Shown here: positions 1 to 10,973 of the stretch, piece by piece
Position numbering within the stretch: position 1 is the first letter of the stretch
How the letters are laid out: every line of letters begins with the position of its first letter
Source: an uncultured Fibrobacteria bacterium
GTDB taxonomy: Bacteria > Fibrobacterota > Fibrobacteria > UBA11236
Reading direction: 5' to 3'
Length of the DNA stretch: 64,000 nucleotides
Assembly: GCA_963716395.1 (NCBI GenBank)
Contig: OY970309.1
Location: 1,984,001 to 2,048,000 of the forward strand
Position numbers and translations under genes: made by a program
The notes under the pieces: generated by a model
Databases searched by the model: none
Seen by the model: the letters and a program-made list of their open reading frames with translations, nothing else
Told to the model about the DNA's origin: nothing

Positions 1-1011
1 CCGGATCAGCAGGAGCACCAGGATTCGATCAATATTCCCGCCCGTTTCCAGACCATGCCTGCGGTCGATTGGCCGGACGGCAGCCGTACCGAGGGCACCT
101 GGACCGCGGCCGTTCCGCCGCTGTGCCGGAATACCACCGGGCTATGCCCCTGCGATTACTTTGGCCGAACCTTGGCCGACAGTCTTCCCTCCACTATCAA
201 AATCGGCATCATCAACGTGGCCGTGGCGGGGTGCCAGATCGAAATGTTCGATAAAAACCTGTATCAAACCTATTTGAATCAGCCTTCGACGGCGAGTTGG
301 TTGGTGGCGATCGCCGACCTCTACGGCGGCAACCCCTATCAACGCCTGGTGGACGTGGCCAAGATGGCCCAGAAAGACGGTGTGATCAAAGGCATTCTCA
401 TGCATCAAGGAGAGTCCGGCTCGATGACGGGCCAGTGGGCCAGCGAGGTCTCGATTGTCTACCACGACTTGATCCAGGATTTGGGTCTTGATTCCACCAA
501 AGTGCCGCTGCTCGCCGGTGATTTCACCAACCCCAATCCGGGGTCTCCCTCCATGGTCTGGGGGCTTCCCAAGGTGATCAAAAACTGTTACGTGATTTCT
601 TCGCTGGGTGATTCGGTAAACAGTACCGGAATCCATTTCAGCGCCTCGGGTTATCGCAAGTTAGGGACAAGCTATGGCGACAGCATGCTTGTGGCTTTCC
701 GGAAGCTGGGAACCGGACCGACAGGAATCGCCGCAAGCGGGAACACTATCGGTTATGCCATCAAGAATTTCGTGGCCGTGGGACCCGGGAAGGATTTGAT
801 CTCCTTCGAAATCCCCCGGAGCGCTTTTGTCACGCTCAGCGCCTACACCTTGGCCGGTAGGGAAATCGGTCCCTTGGCCCGCTCCGAATTTTCAGCGGGC
901 GAACATAGCGTTACCATAGGCGCGAATGCCATGCCGCCGGGTGAAATCGTTCTCAAGCTCACGTCGGGCCCCAATTCGGCGACCCGGACCATCCTGGCGA
1001 CCGAGCGTTAA
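1..1011 (+). CDS. CE6/SASA-family acetylxylan (carbohydrate) esterase with C-terminal T9SS-like sorting domain; 5' end lies outside the window
   Basis: Frame is open from base 1. Motifs DYFGRTL, VAVAGCQIEMF, GILMHQGES and IHFSASGYRKLG fit CE6. Ends in an Ig-like tail (TGI...YTLAGREI...PPGEIVLKL). Confidence 0.8.
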   Translation, partial: PDQQEHQDSINIPARFQTMPAVDWPDGSRTEGTWTAAVPPLCRNTTGLCPCDYFGRTLADSLPSTIKIGIINVAVAGCQIEMFDKNLYQTYLNQPSTASWLVAIADLYGGNPYQRLVDVAKMAQKDGVIKGILMHQGESGSMTGQWASEVSIVYHDLIQDLGLDSTKVPLLAGDFTNPNPGSPSMVWGLPKVIKNCYVISSLGDSVNSTGIHFSASGYRKLGTSYGDSMLVAFRKLGTGPTGIAASGNTIGYAIKNFVAVGPGKDLISFEIPRSAFVTLSAYTLAGREIGPLARSEFSAGEHSVTIGANAMPPGEIVLKLTSGPNSATRTILATER

Positions 1012-1012
1012 G

Positions 1013-2635
1013 TTAAGGCGAACCCAACCCCTGGCTGTGACGAATCGCAGCCTGTAACAAAAAGGCCAAATTCTTGTCGTCGGGTTCATGCGCCGCGGCC
1101 ACTTGAAGATGGGGGATCGCGTCGTCGATTCTTCCCTGCGTTAACAGCAAGGTTCCCAGGTGATCCTGGGTTTTAAAATCCCCGGGATCCAGCCGCACCG
1201 CCTGGAAATAATGGTTCAGGGCCAACGCCTTTTCCCCGAAGTGGAAATAAATATCGCCGGCCATCACATGCGCCGGTTCAAAATCCGGATTGATCGCGGC
1301 CACTTTTTCAAAATTCTCCGCCGCGCTTTGATAATCCCCGGTGGATTTCTCCATCAACCCCAGAACGAAATTGACCTGCCAACTTTTCGGCAGGATTTTC
1401 GCCATATTCCGGTATTGATCCATCAGGGGCATGCCTTTTCCGCGGTACTCCGAAACGCCCAGCCAGGTAACGGGAATAACGAAAAGCAGCCATTTCCATC
1501 CGGATACGGCCAGCCATTTCGGAAAACCGGATGAACCCGATCGGCGCAGCGGACGGGAGGGTTTTTTTTCGATTCCCAACCCCTGGCGAAAATCGCCTTC
1601 GCGCACGCGCCAGATGAATCCGTCGAAATAAAAATGGAGCAGGGCCGAGGCCACGAATAAACCGGTCCAGAAGGGAATCAGGCTCGTTCCCGCCTGAAGC
1701 AGATTCGGGGCCTGAACCCGGGCGTAATCCGCCAATTGGCCGAGATATCCATATCCCAGCACCAGCAAGGCATAGAAGCCGATTTTCCAGGCCGCGGGTT
1801 GAAACAGAAATTTCTCCACGGAACTCGCCGTGATGCCCTGCGCTACGCGCCGCTGATTATAAACCCAGACCAAGGTGTTGTACTGGACATCGTGAAAAAT
1901 TTCGAACAACACCAAGGCCACGAGCAGGTTATCTACGTACACCATGGCGAACCACCAGAAGCCGAAGCTGGAAACCATGGCCAGATACTTCACCGGATTG
2001 GGCGCGCGGCCCGCCCGGGTTTGCCTCCAGGCGTTGACACCAAAGGCAATGGTGGTTCCCACCGTCAGCACGTCCCAGGCCTGGCGAAAAAGCTGGAAGG
2101 CTGCGGGAGAGACGGAAGGTCCGCCCGCGGCATAGAAAAACGAGAAGGCGGCGATCATGCGGATGGAGGAGTGCCACACGCCGGCGCCGAACCAGCCAAG
2201 ACACATGGCCCAATCCAGCCAGGCCGTGGCGGGGGAGAAGGAGCCCACCTTTGCGTCATAGATCCGCAGGAAGCCGTTGATCTGCATGGCGCCATGCCAT
2301 GCGCCCCAAAACAACAGAATCAGTTTAAGGCTTTGCAGGTGGTAGGCGGAAAACAGCACACAGGTGCCGATCACAAAAATGGGCGCAAGCAGGAAGCGGG
2401 TCCGGAACCGCCGGAACAGGACGGGATCGGTGTACGCGCGGATGAAGCCCGGCAAGTGATGGCCGATGCCACCCACGGTCAGAATGGCGGCGCCGAAAAT
2501 CGCCATGTCGAAGCGTGCTTTGGCCATCCACAGCAGCGGAATAATCCACAGGGGTGCCAGCACGAACAGGGACAGGTCGCGCGCGGGCCCCAGAATCCAA
2601 AGGCTTTTTGCCGGTGTCGTCGTGGAAACGGCCAT
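1013..2635 (-). CDS. Polytopic membrane protein with conserved His boxes, fused to C-terminal TPR repeats
   Basis: Many hydrophobic helices; motifs HHLPGF, WHGAMQ, FHDVQY, LLHFYFDGFIW; C-terminal TPR-like units (AINPDF, RLDPGD, HEPDD). Confidence 0.7.
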   Translation of the reverse strand: MAVSTTTPAKSLWILGPARDLSLFVLAPLWIIPLLWMAKARFDMAIFGAAILTVGGIGHHLPGFIRAYTDPVLFRRFRTRFLLAPIFVIGTCVLFSAYHLQSLKLILLFWGAWHGAMQINGFLRIYDAKVGSFSPATAWLDWAMCLGWFGAGVWHSSIRMIAAFSFFYAAGGPSVSPAAFQLFRQAWDVLTVGTTIAFGVNAWRQTRAGRAPNPVKYLAMVSSFGFWWFAMVYVDNLLVALVLFEIFHDVQYNTLVWVYNQRRVAQGITASSVEKFLFQPAAWKIGFYALLVLGYGYLGQLADYARVQAPNLLQAGTSLIPFWTGLFVASALLHFYFDGFIWRVREGDFRQGLGIEKKPSRPLRRSGSSGFPKWLAVSGWKWLLFVIPVTWLGVSEYRGKGMPLMDQYRNMAKILPKSWQVNFVLGLMEKSTGDYQSAAENFEKVAAINPDFEPAHVMAGDIYFHFGEKALALNHYFQAVRLDPGDFKTQDHLGTLLLTQGRIDDAIPHLQVAAAHEPDDKNLAFLLQAAIRHSQGLGSP

Positions 2636-2699
2636 AGGTTTATTATCTCGCGTCGCAGTGCCGGTTATCGCCAGGCTGGGTCATGGAGGAATGCGACAG

Positions 2700-2878
2700 T
2701 ATAGGGAACCTCTCGAAATACATTTCGTCAGCGAGAACCGAGCGAGATCGAGGCCAAGCAGGAGCGCGAAGTCCGCCTCAGGCGGAATATGGCGTGAATA
2801 TCGCCGATGCAGCGCGACGAACTTGGCCGACGATCGCAGCCGGTTCGAGTAGAAAGGTATTTCGAGAGGTCCCCTATA
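2700..2878. mobile_element. MITE-like non-autonomous element (core 2704-2874 flanked by TATA)
   Basis: 22-nt terminal inverted repeats with 1 mismatch: TATAGGGAACCTCTCGAAATAC (2700-2721) and GTATTTCGAGAGGTCCCCTATA (2857-2878). Interior is self-complementary and has no credible ORF. Confidence 0.75.
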
Positions 2879-3021
2879 GTGGAAACTATACAAAAGACCG
2901 GATTTTCGGGTTGAATCTTCGCAGGCGGATGCATGCGGAGGCGAATTTTTGGGGCCGCCGCGATTGTGAAGGGCCTGATTTCACCTTTTATATTTTTGCC
3001 GGCAGTTCGACACAGGGTTTC

Positions 3022-3069
3022 GGCGATGGAGTCCGCCTGTAACCGCCTCCCGAGGCTTATGACTCCTAC
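3022..3069 (+). ncRNA. Fluoride riboswitch (crcB motif)
   Basis: GGCGATGGAGTCCGCC...AACCGCC...GGCTTATGACTCCTAC matches the consensus, with a GGAGTC/GACTCC pseudoknot. Lies directly upstream of crcB; -10-like TATATT at 2989-2994. Confidence 0.93.
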
Positions 3070-3089
3070 AACTCCAAGGCGGGAGGCTC

Positions 3090-3488
3090 ATGTTGAATTA
3101 CGTTCTGGTCGGCCTCGGCAGCGCGCTGGGCGGCATGTCGCGTTTCTGGTTTTCCGATCTGATTTCCAACCGCTTCGGAGCGACTTTTCCCTGGGGCACT
3201 TTGTTCGTCAACGTGACGGGCTCGTTCATCATCAGTTTGTTCGCCACCTTGACGGCGCCCCAGGGCCGCTGGCTGGTCGGTTCCGGTGGACGCAATTTCT
3301 TCATGACCGGGGTGTGCGGAGGCTATACCACTTTTTCTTCTTTCAGCCTGCAAACTTTGAACCTCGCGCACGACGAGGAATGGCTTTATGCCGGCGGTAA
3401 TGCCGCGATGAGTTTGGGGCTCTGCCTGGTGGCCGCCTGGCTGGGTTATCTCGCGGCGCGTCTGTTGAATTCGACCGGAGGTGCGTGA
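3090..3488 (+). CDS. crcB: Fluoride channel Fluc/CrcB
   Basis: GSALGGMSR, FPWGTLFVNVTGSF and GVCGGYTTFSSF motifs; downstream of the riboswitch. Confidence 0.97.
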   Translation: MLNYVLVGLGSALGGMSRFWFSDLISNRFGATFPWGTLFVNVTGSFIISLFATLTAPQGRWLVGSGGRNFFMTGVCGGYTTFSSFSLQTLNLAHDEEWLYAGGNAAMSLGLCLVAAWLGYLAARLLNSTGGA

Positions 3489-3489
3489 T

Positions 3490-3852
3490 ATGAACCTTCC
3501 CCGCGATTCGGTTCGACTCAAAATTCTGCTGGGTGAAAGCGATCGGTGGCAGCATCATCCGCTGTACGAAGCCATTGTGCTCAAGGCCCGCGAAATGCAT
3601 CTGGCCGGTGCCACGGCCTGGCGCGGAGAAATGGGATTCGGCAAATCCAGCCATGTGCACACCACGAAAATCCTCCAGCTTTCCTTTGATTTGCCGGTGA
3701 TCATCGAGATCGTCGACACCGAGGAAAAGATCAACGCCTTTCTGCCCGTGCTCGACACCATGATGCAAGGCGGACTGGTCATAATGGAAAAGGTGCGTGT
3801 CATCGATTACCGGGCCGGCAAAGCTCCAAGCGAGCCGCCGCCGGCGGCATAA
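3490..3852 (+). CDS. DUF190 (PII-like) protein
   Basis: LGESDRW...PLYEAIV...GATAWRGEMGFG...DLPVIIEIVD; usual crcB neighbour. Confidence 0.92.
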   Translation: MNLPRDSVRLKILLGESDRWQHHPLYEAIVLKAREMHLAGATAWRGEMGFGKSSHVHTTKILQLSFDLPVIIEIVDTEEKINAFLPVLDTMMQGGLVIMEKVRVIDYRAGKAPSEPPPAA

Positions 3853-3916
3853 GCGAAGTGCGTCGGTTCGATGCTTGCATCAAAATGCCGATGGGGGCCG
3901 CCGCCCTTCTACTCCT

Positions 3917-4855
3917 CTAACGCTCTTGCTCGCGGCCCGCGGCCAGGGCCTTGAGTTGATTCATTTCCTGCGCCGTTAAATGCTTGGGTAATACCAGACG
4001 CAAGGTGACGTAAAGGTCACCCCACGAACCCGGGTGATCATGCAAGGGCATGCCTTGCCCGCGCAGACGCAACACCTTGCCGCTGTCGGTCATGGGCGGG
4101 ACGGTGAGCTTCACCGAACCCTTCATGGTATGGATTTCAACTTGGCATCCCGCAATGGCCGATAAGGCGTCGAGGTCTTCGACGTGGTACAAGTCGTCCC
4201 CGCGCCGTTCCCAAAATTCATGCGGTAGAATGTGGATGCGCAAGGTGAGATCGCCTTCCACCCCGCCGCGCGGCGCCACGCCCCCCTTGCCGCGCAAGAG
4301 AATGGTTTTGCCGTCGGCGATGCCGGGCTTCAGAGCCAGGTTCACCTTGCGGCCGTTTAAGTCGAAGGTTTTTTTCACGCCGTGATAGGCGTCTTCGAGG
4401 GAGATCTCCAAATCGGCATGGTAATCGTCGCCCTTTCTCGGACCGGCGGGACCGCCGAATCCCCCGGGGGATCCGCGCATGCCTCCCCCGAAGAAGGAGG
4501 AAAAGAAATCAGAGAAGTCGCCCATCGACTCGCCGGCGGCTCCGGCGGATTGCGCGCGCGTTCTTCCGCGCCCCCCTTGACGGCGCAGCAAATCCTCCCA
4601 ATCAAAATCCGCCTGCCCGGGCCCACCCGCTTGATTCCAGGCCGATCCGAGTTGATCGTATTGGGCGCGCTTTTCCGCATCGCCCAGCACTTCGTTGGCT
4701 TCATTGATTTCCTTGAAGCGCTCTTCCGCGGCCTTGTTGCCGGGATTCTTGTCGGGGTGGTGCTTGCCCGCCAGCTTGCGAAAGGCTTTTTTGATGGCGT
4801 CGCCGCTCGCGTTTCGCTCCACGCCCAGGATTTTGTAATAGTCCTTGAATTCCAC
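3917..4855 (-). CDS. cbpA: DnaJ class B chaperone (CbpA-like)
   Basis: GTG start ([11 protein letters not shown]), J-domain HPD, G/F region and DnaJ_C domain, no zinc finger. Confidence 0.9.
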   Translation of the reverse strand: MEFKDYYKILGVERNASGDAIKKAFRKLAGKHHPDKNPGNKAAEERFKEINEANEVLGDAEKRAQYDQLGSAWNQAGGPGQADFDWEDLLRRQGGRGRTRAQSAGAAGESMGDFSDFFSSFFGGGMRGSPGGFGGPAGPRKGDDYHADLEISLEDAYHGVKKTFDLNGRKVNLALKPGIADGKTILLRGKGGVAPRGGVEGDLTLRIHILPHEFWERRGDDLYHVEDLDALSAIAGCQVEIHTMKGSVKLTVPPMTDSGKVLRLRGQGMPLHDHPGSWGDLYVTLRLVLPKHLTAQEMNQLKALAAGREQER

Positions 4856-5440
4856 GGTATTCCTCGCAACGTTCCCGACTCGGGCGACCCCGGCGGGATC
4901 GCGTGCACCAGAAAGTAGTGTTTCGCGGCGATGGGGAACCGATGGCTGGCGCGGAAACCGGGAAGTTTCCTTCCCACGATTTTCAGAATCACGGAGGCGA
5001 GCAAATCTATGCATTGAACGCCGTGCGGCGCTCGTAGGGTCCGGCTTCGAGAGGCGGTGGGTGGATGCGGATTCCGGAAGCCGCCTTCCGAAGTACGTAA
5101 CCCAGAAGTTATAGGAATTCCTGACCTGCCGCATACTTTCGCAGGGATTCGGGCAGAAGCATGGCGACGCCTGCGCAAAACACCTTCGGTGGCGTTTAGG
5201 AACCGTCATCCGGCGTGTTTCCTCGCACTTTCGCCGCACCCGTACTTTGAAGCGCGGGGATTCAGCGTGAGGCTTCCGGGGGGAAAAAAGGTTTCGATTT
5301 GCCTAACCACAAAGAAACCGATTTAAGTCGAACCTTTCCGGCAATATTTATCCCAGAATAAAAGCAGCGATGAATGGGGACGATTCGGCTGTGGGGCGAT
5401 ATTTAGGCTTCTTTAAATCATGCCTTGGGAAAGAGGAAAC

Positions 5441-7486
5441 ATGCGATCTTCAGGACTCACCAAGTGGTTCAACCCGACAATTTTTGCCGCACTAGGCCTT
5501 TCGTTTATGTCCCAAGGTCAAGCCATGCCGTTTTCCGACCGCGTCACTTTGCCGTCGGGGGAGCAAATTTTCGTGGCCGGCTTCAATTTGGCCTGGATCA
5601 ATTACGCCGATGATGTGGGGAGTGACCCCTTGGATACGACGCGGTTTCGCAGCGCCCTGCAGGCGGTGGCGGATTCGGGCGGCAATACTATGCGCGTGTG
5701 GCTTTCGACCAACGGGTCGCATGATCCGGTTTTTGGGTCGAACGGTTTGGTCAGCGGACTGGGTTCGAAAACCATTTCCAACGTGCAGCAAATGCTGTCC
5801 ATCGCCAAGCAAAACCAAATGCTGCTTATCCTGACCTTGCTGACGCACAATTTCTTGCAGAACCAAAGCGGAGTCAACCTCACCAATAACATGACTTTGT
5901 TGAGTACCGATACCGGGCTACAGGCTTATATCACCAATGCCGTGGTTCCTTTGGTCACCGCCATCGGCAAAGACCCGAATCTCTTATGCTGGGAGGTGGC
6001 CAATGAACCCGAGGGCATGGTCCAAGGCACGGGCTGGACCACTCAGCGTATCACCCAGGCCGACGTGCAGAAATTCACCAACCGCATCGCGGGCGCGATC
6101 CACCGCGCCGTTCCCGGCGTGCTCGTTTCTACCGGAACCGTGGTCGCGGCGGACTTGCCCTGGTATACCGACGCCGCCCTCAAGGCCGCCGGCGGCGACT
6201 CCGATGGCGTACTCGACTTTTACATGGTCCATTATTATGGCTGGAACGGCGTCAGCAACAGCCCCTTCCACAAAGGCGCCGCTGCCTGGAGCGTGGACAA
6301 ACCGCTGGTGGTGGGCGAATTCGCCTCGTCGAGTTGGAGCCCGAGTACTGCGTCTTCGAGTCCCATGCAAGACGCGGAATCGGTGGATACCCTGCTCGAA
6401 AACCTGTACAAGAACGGATACGCGGGCGGCCTTTTCTGGCAATACCAGCCCGATGCGGGCGATTCCTGGATGCAAGGTTTTGCCACTGCGTCCCCATCCT
6501 TGGCCATCTTCTCCCGCGCCCACCCATCCGATGTGAAATTCGACGGTGTTTCCGACGGCAAGTTGTCGGTGGTGGCCTCCGGTTCCCTCGGCGGCCGGGC
6601 GGTGGCTTCTCCGCTCGGACGCGTGGATACCGGCACCACGGTGACCATCACGGCCGTGCCCGACACAGGATATGACTTCGTGGGCTGGAGCGGCGACACC
6701 ACGGTGGCGGCGACCGTCAATCCGCTTGTGATTAAGGTCACAAAAGACCGCGAAATCCTGGCGAATTTCCGGCCGGCGGCGGGCACCAATTTGCTCAAGA
6801 ACGGCGACTTCTCCAGCGATTCGAGTGATTGGCAATTCAGTATCAGTACCCAAGGCACGGCCCAGGGAACCATCTCCTATGCCGCCGGGCAGGCCGACAT
6901 CAATGTCACCGCGGCCGGCGCCCAGGATTGGTACGTGCAATTGATGCAAGGCGGCTTCGCCCTGCAACCCGGCGCCACCTATGTCGTCTCCTTCGATGCC
7001 TGGGCCAATGTCGCCCGCAACGTGGATGTCGGCCTCACCACCTCGGCGTATAGCTGGCAAAGCGGGGCGTCGGCCAGCGTGACCACGACCAAAACCAATT
7101 ACCAACTCGAATTGACCGCCACTGACACCATTGCCTCGGGGACCCCCGGCGTGTTGCAATTCAATATCGGCGAGACGGTCTCGTCTTTGCACATCGACAA
7201 TGTGATCCTGGCCTTGAAATCCTCTTCGCCCGTTCTCAGGCCGGTGGCGCGAAATACGGCGGCGGGGATGCGGATCACCGGATCGCGCGGGTTTTTGATT
7301 TGGAATTTGGCCACCCCATTATCCTCTCCCGCCCCGCTGGTGATCCTGGATGTGCAGGGACGGGACGTGGGGCGTGTGATGCTTCCGGCGGGCAAGTCCC
7401 AGGGTACTTTGAGCCTGAGCCTGCCGCGGGGCCTGTTCATGGCGCGGCTTAACGGCAGCGTGCGCAGGTTGTTCGTGTCGGAGTAG
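5441..7486 (+). CDS. Secreted GH5 (probably subfamily 10) beta-mannanase + InlB B-repeat-like domain + CBM4/9-like domain + T9SS-like tail
   Basis: GAGG RBS and signal peptide; NLAWINY, WEVANEPEG (acid/base), DFYMVHYYGW, KPLVVGEF (nucleophile); GYDFVGWSGD repeat; NLLKNGDFS CBM start; LPRGLFMARL tail. Confidence 0.8.
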   Translation: MRSSGLTKWFNPTIFAALGLSFMSQGQAMPFSDRVTLPSGEQIFVAGFNLAWINYADDVGSDPLDTTRFRSALQAVADSGGNTMRVWLSTNGSHDPVFGSNGLVSGLGSKTISNVQQMLSIAKQNQMLLILTLLTHNFLQNQSGVNLTNNMTLLSTDTGLQAYITNAVVPLVTAIGKDPNLLCWEVANEPEGMVQGTGWTTQRITQADVQKFTNRIAGAIHRAVPGVLVSTGTVVAADLPWYTDAALKAAGGDSDGVLDFYMVHYYGWNGVSNSPFHKGAAAWSVDKPLVVGEFASSSWSPSTASSSPMQDAESVDTLLENLYKNGYAGGLFWQYQPDAGDSWMQGFATASPSLAIFSRAHPSDVKFDGVSDGKLSVVASGSLGGRAVASPLGRVDTGTTVTITAVPDTGYDFVGWSGDTTVAATVNPLVIKVTKDREILANFRPAAGTNLLKNGDFSSDSSDWQFSISTQGTAQGTISYAAGQADINVTAAGAQDWYVQLMQGGFALQPGATYVVSFDAWANVARNVDVGLTTSAYSWQSGASASVTTTKTNYQLELTATDTIASGTPGVLQFNIGETVSSLHIDNVILALKSSSPVLRPVARNTAAGMRITGSRGFLIWNLATPLSSPAPLVILDVQGRDVGRVMLPAGKSQGTLSLSLPRGLFMARLNGSVRRLFVSE

Positions 7487-7584
7487 GGTTTCCGGGGAAC
7501 GCCCAAAAACCAATTTTCGCATCCACGAATAGCCCATCCGCCCTCCGCGAATCGCGGTATCTTTTTAAGCGGAGGAAACCCATT

Positions 7585-8799
7585 TTGACTTGGCCTTTCC
7601 GGCTGGCCTGCGTTGCCATGCTCTTGCTGGGCGCCTCTTTGGTCCGGGCGCAGAAAGTCATGCCGACTTTGATCGGCACCAAGTATATGCTGACCATGGG
7701 TCCCATGACGTTCCAGGCCACGGCTAAAAACAGCGGCCGTGTGCAATCGTTGCAATACGCCGGCTTGGAAGTCTTGCATCAGGATACCACGGTCACCACG
7801 CAATACGGATCCACCTTCTGGCCCAGCCCGCAGGCCGTCTGGAACTGGCCGCCGCCCACCAGCCTAGACGGCGTGAACGACACCGTCGGCATCGGGAAGG
7901 ATTCGACCATTACCATGTTGGGGAGTACGGACAATGTCTACACCCATGTGCGCATCCACAAAACTTTCTGGGCCGACCTCGGGGACTCTTCGTTTAACCT
8001 GCATTACACCTTGATCAATGCAGGGACGTCCAGACCCTGGGCTCCGTGGGAGGACACCCGCATCGATACCGGCGGGCTGTATCTCTTTCCCAAGGGAACG
8101 GACACCATCACGGGAGCCCTGGCGGGAAAAACCACCACTTCGGGGGGAATCGTGTGGTTCGTGGACAACAATGCGAACGTGCAAAGTACCGGAACCAACA
8201 AGTTTTACAGCGATGGATCGCAGGGGTGGTATGCCCATATCAATGCCGCCCGCCGTTTGCTTTTCCTCAAGAAATTCACGGATACTCCTGCTTCCAAAAA
8301 GGCTCCGAGTCCGGAGGATGAGATCGAATTCTGGACGACCCCCAGCCCGCTCACCAATTCTTCCTTCATCGAAATGGAGGTGCAGGGACCGTATGACACC
8401 ATTCCGGCCAACGATTCCGTAAGTTGGGACATGAAATGGTTTGTCCGCAAAATTCCGGACACCCTGACCATCGCGGCGGGCAATCAGGCCATCGTCGACT
8501 ACATCCATCAGGTGCTGGCAACGCCCACCGCCATCCGTCCCGTTTCCTCGGCGTCGAATTTTTCCCTGCGTTACACCGACCGCGATGTTCATCTCGTTCT
8601 GGAACAAGCCGCCACCGTGTCTCTGGCTTTGATCAATTCCAACGGGCGGGAAATCAGCCGGCTTTATTCCGGGCGATTAACGGCAGGCCATCACGACTTC
8701 AGGTTCGCGGAGGCCTTGCCCAAGGGCGTCTATTGGCTGGTCTTGAAAAATCCCCCGCTGACCCAAGCCATGAGCGTGAAGATGTTGGTGCTGGATTAA
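7585..8799 (+). CDS. Secreted DUF4380-like (mutarotase-like fold) protein with T9SS-like tail
   Basis: GGAGG RBS before TTG; signal peptide LVRA-Q; YGSTFWPSPQ..W.WPPP, WAPWE.TR, IEMEVQGPY; tail PTAIR...NSNGREI...LPKGVYWL. Confidence 0.7.
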   Translation: MTWPFRLACVAMLLLGASLVRAQKVMPTLIGTKYMLTMGPMTFQATAKNSGRVQSLQYAGLEVLHQDTTVTTQYGSTFWPSPQAVWNWPPPTSLDGVNDTVGIGKDSTITMLGSTDNVYTHVRIHKTFWADLGDSSFNLHYTLINAGTSRPWAPWEDTRIDTGGLYLFPKGTDTITGALAGKTTTSGGIVWFVDNNANVQSTGTNKFYSDGSQGWYAHINAARRLLFLKKFTDTPASKKAPSPEDEIEFWTTPSPLTNSSFIEMEVQGPYDTIPANDSVSWDMKWFVRKIPDTLTIAAGNQAIVDYIHQVLATPTAIRPVSSASNFSLRYTDRDVHLVLEQAATVSLALINSNGREISRLYSGRLTAGHHDFRFAEALPKGVYWLVLKNPPLTQAMSVKMLVLD

Positions 8800-8943
8800 A
8801 AACCAACCTCGGGCCCGAAATTTTTTTAACGACTTTTTCCGGAAGTTTCCCGCGCGTCGGCGATTGCAACCGGATGCCAACACGCGGCGCACCGTATTTG
8901 CTTAACTTTTCGCGTTTCCTGCGGGAGCAACATCGAGGTGGGC

Positions 8944-10839
<1,896 letters not shown>

Positions 10840-10973
10840 TTCCGTCCGTTTTGGCCGTTCCCTGGGCCGGAAAAGCGAACTTCCGGTTACCGCAAAAAAT
10901 TTCCTGCGTCCAAACGCACAGGGCATTTCTCGTTACAAATTGATAGGATGTAGATCATGAACAGGAGCCAAGG

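Noticed and set aside
4856-5239. 128-aa N-terminal extension of the DnaJ ORF in the track
   Set aside because: Arg/Ser-rich sequence with no protein-like features; the J domain starts at GTG 4855.
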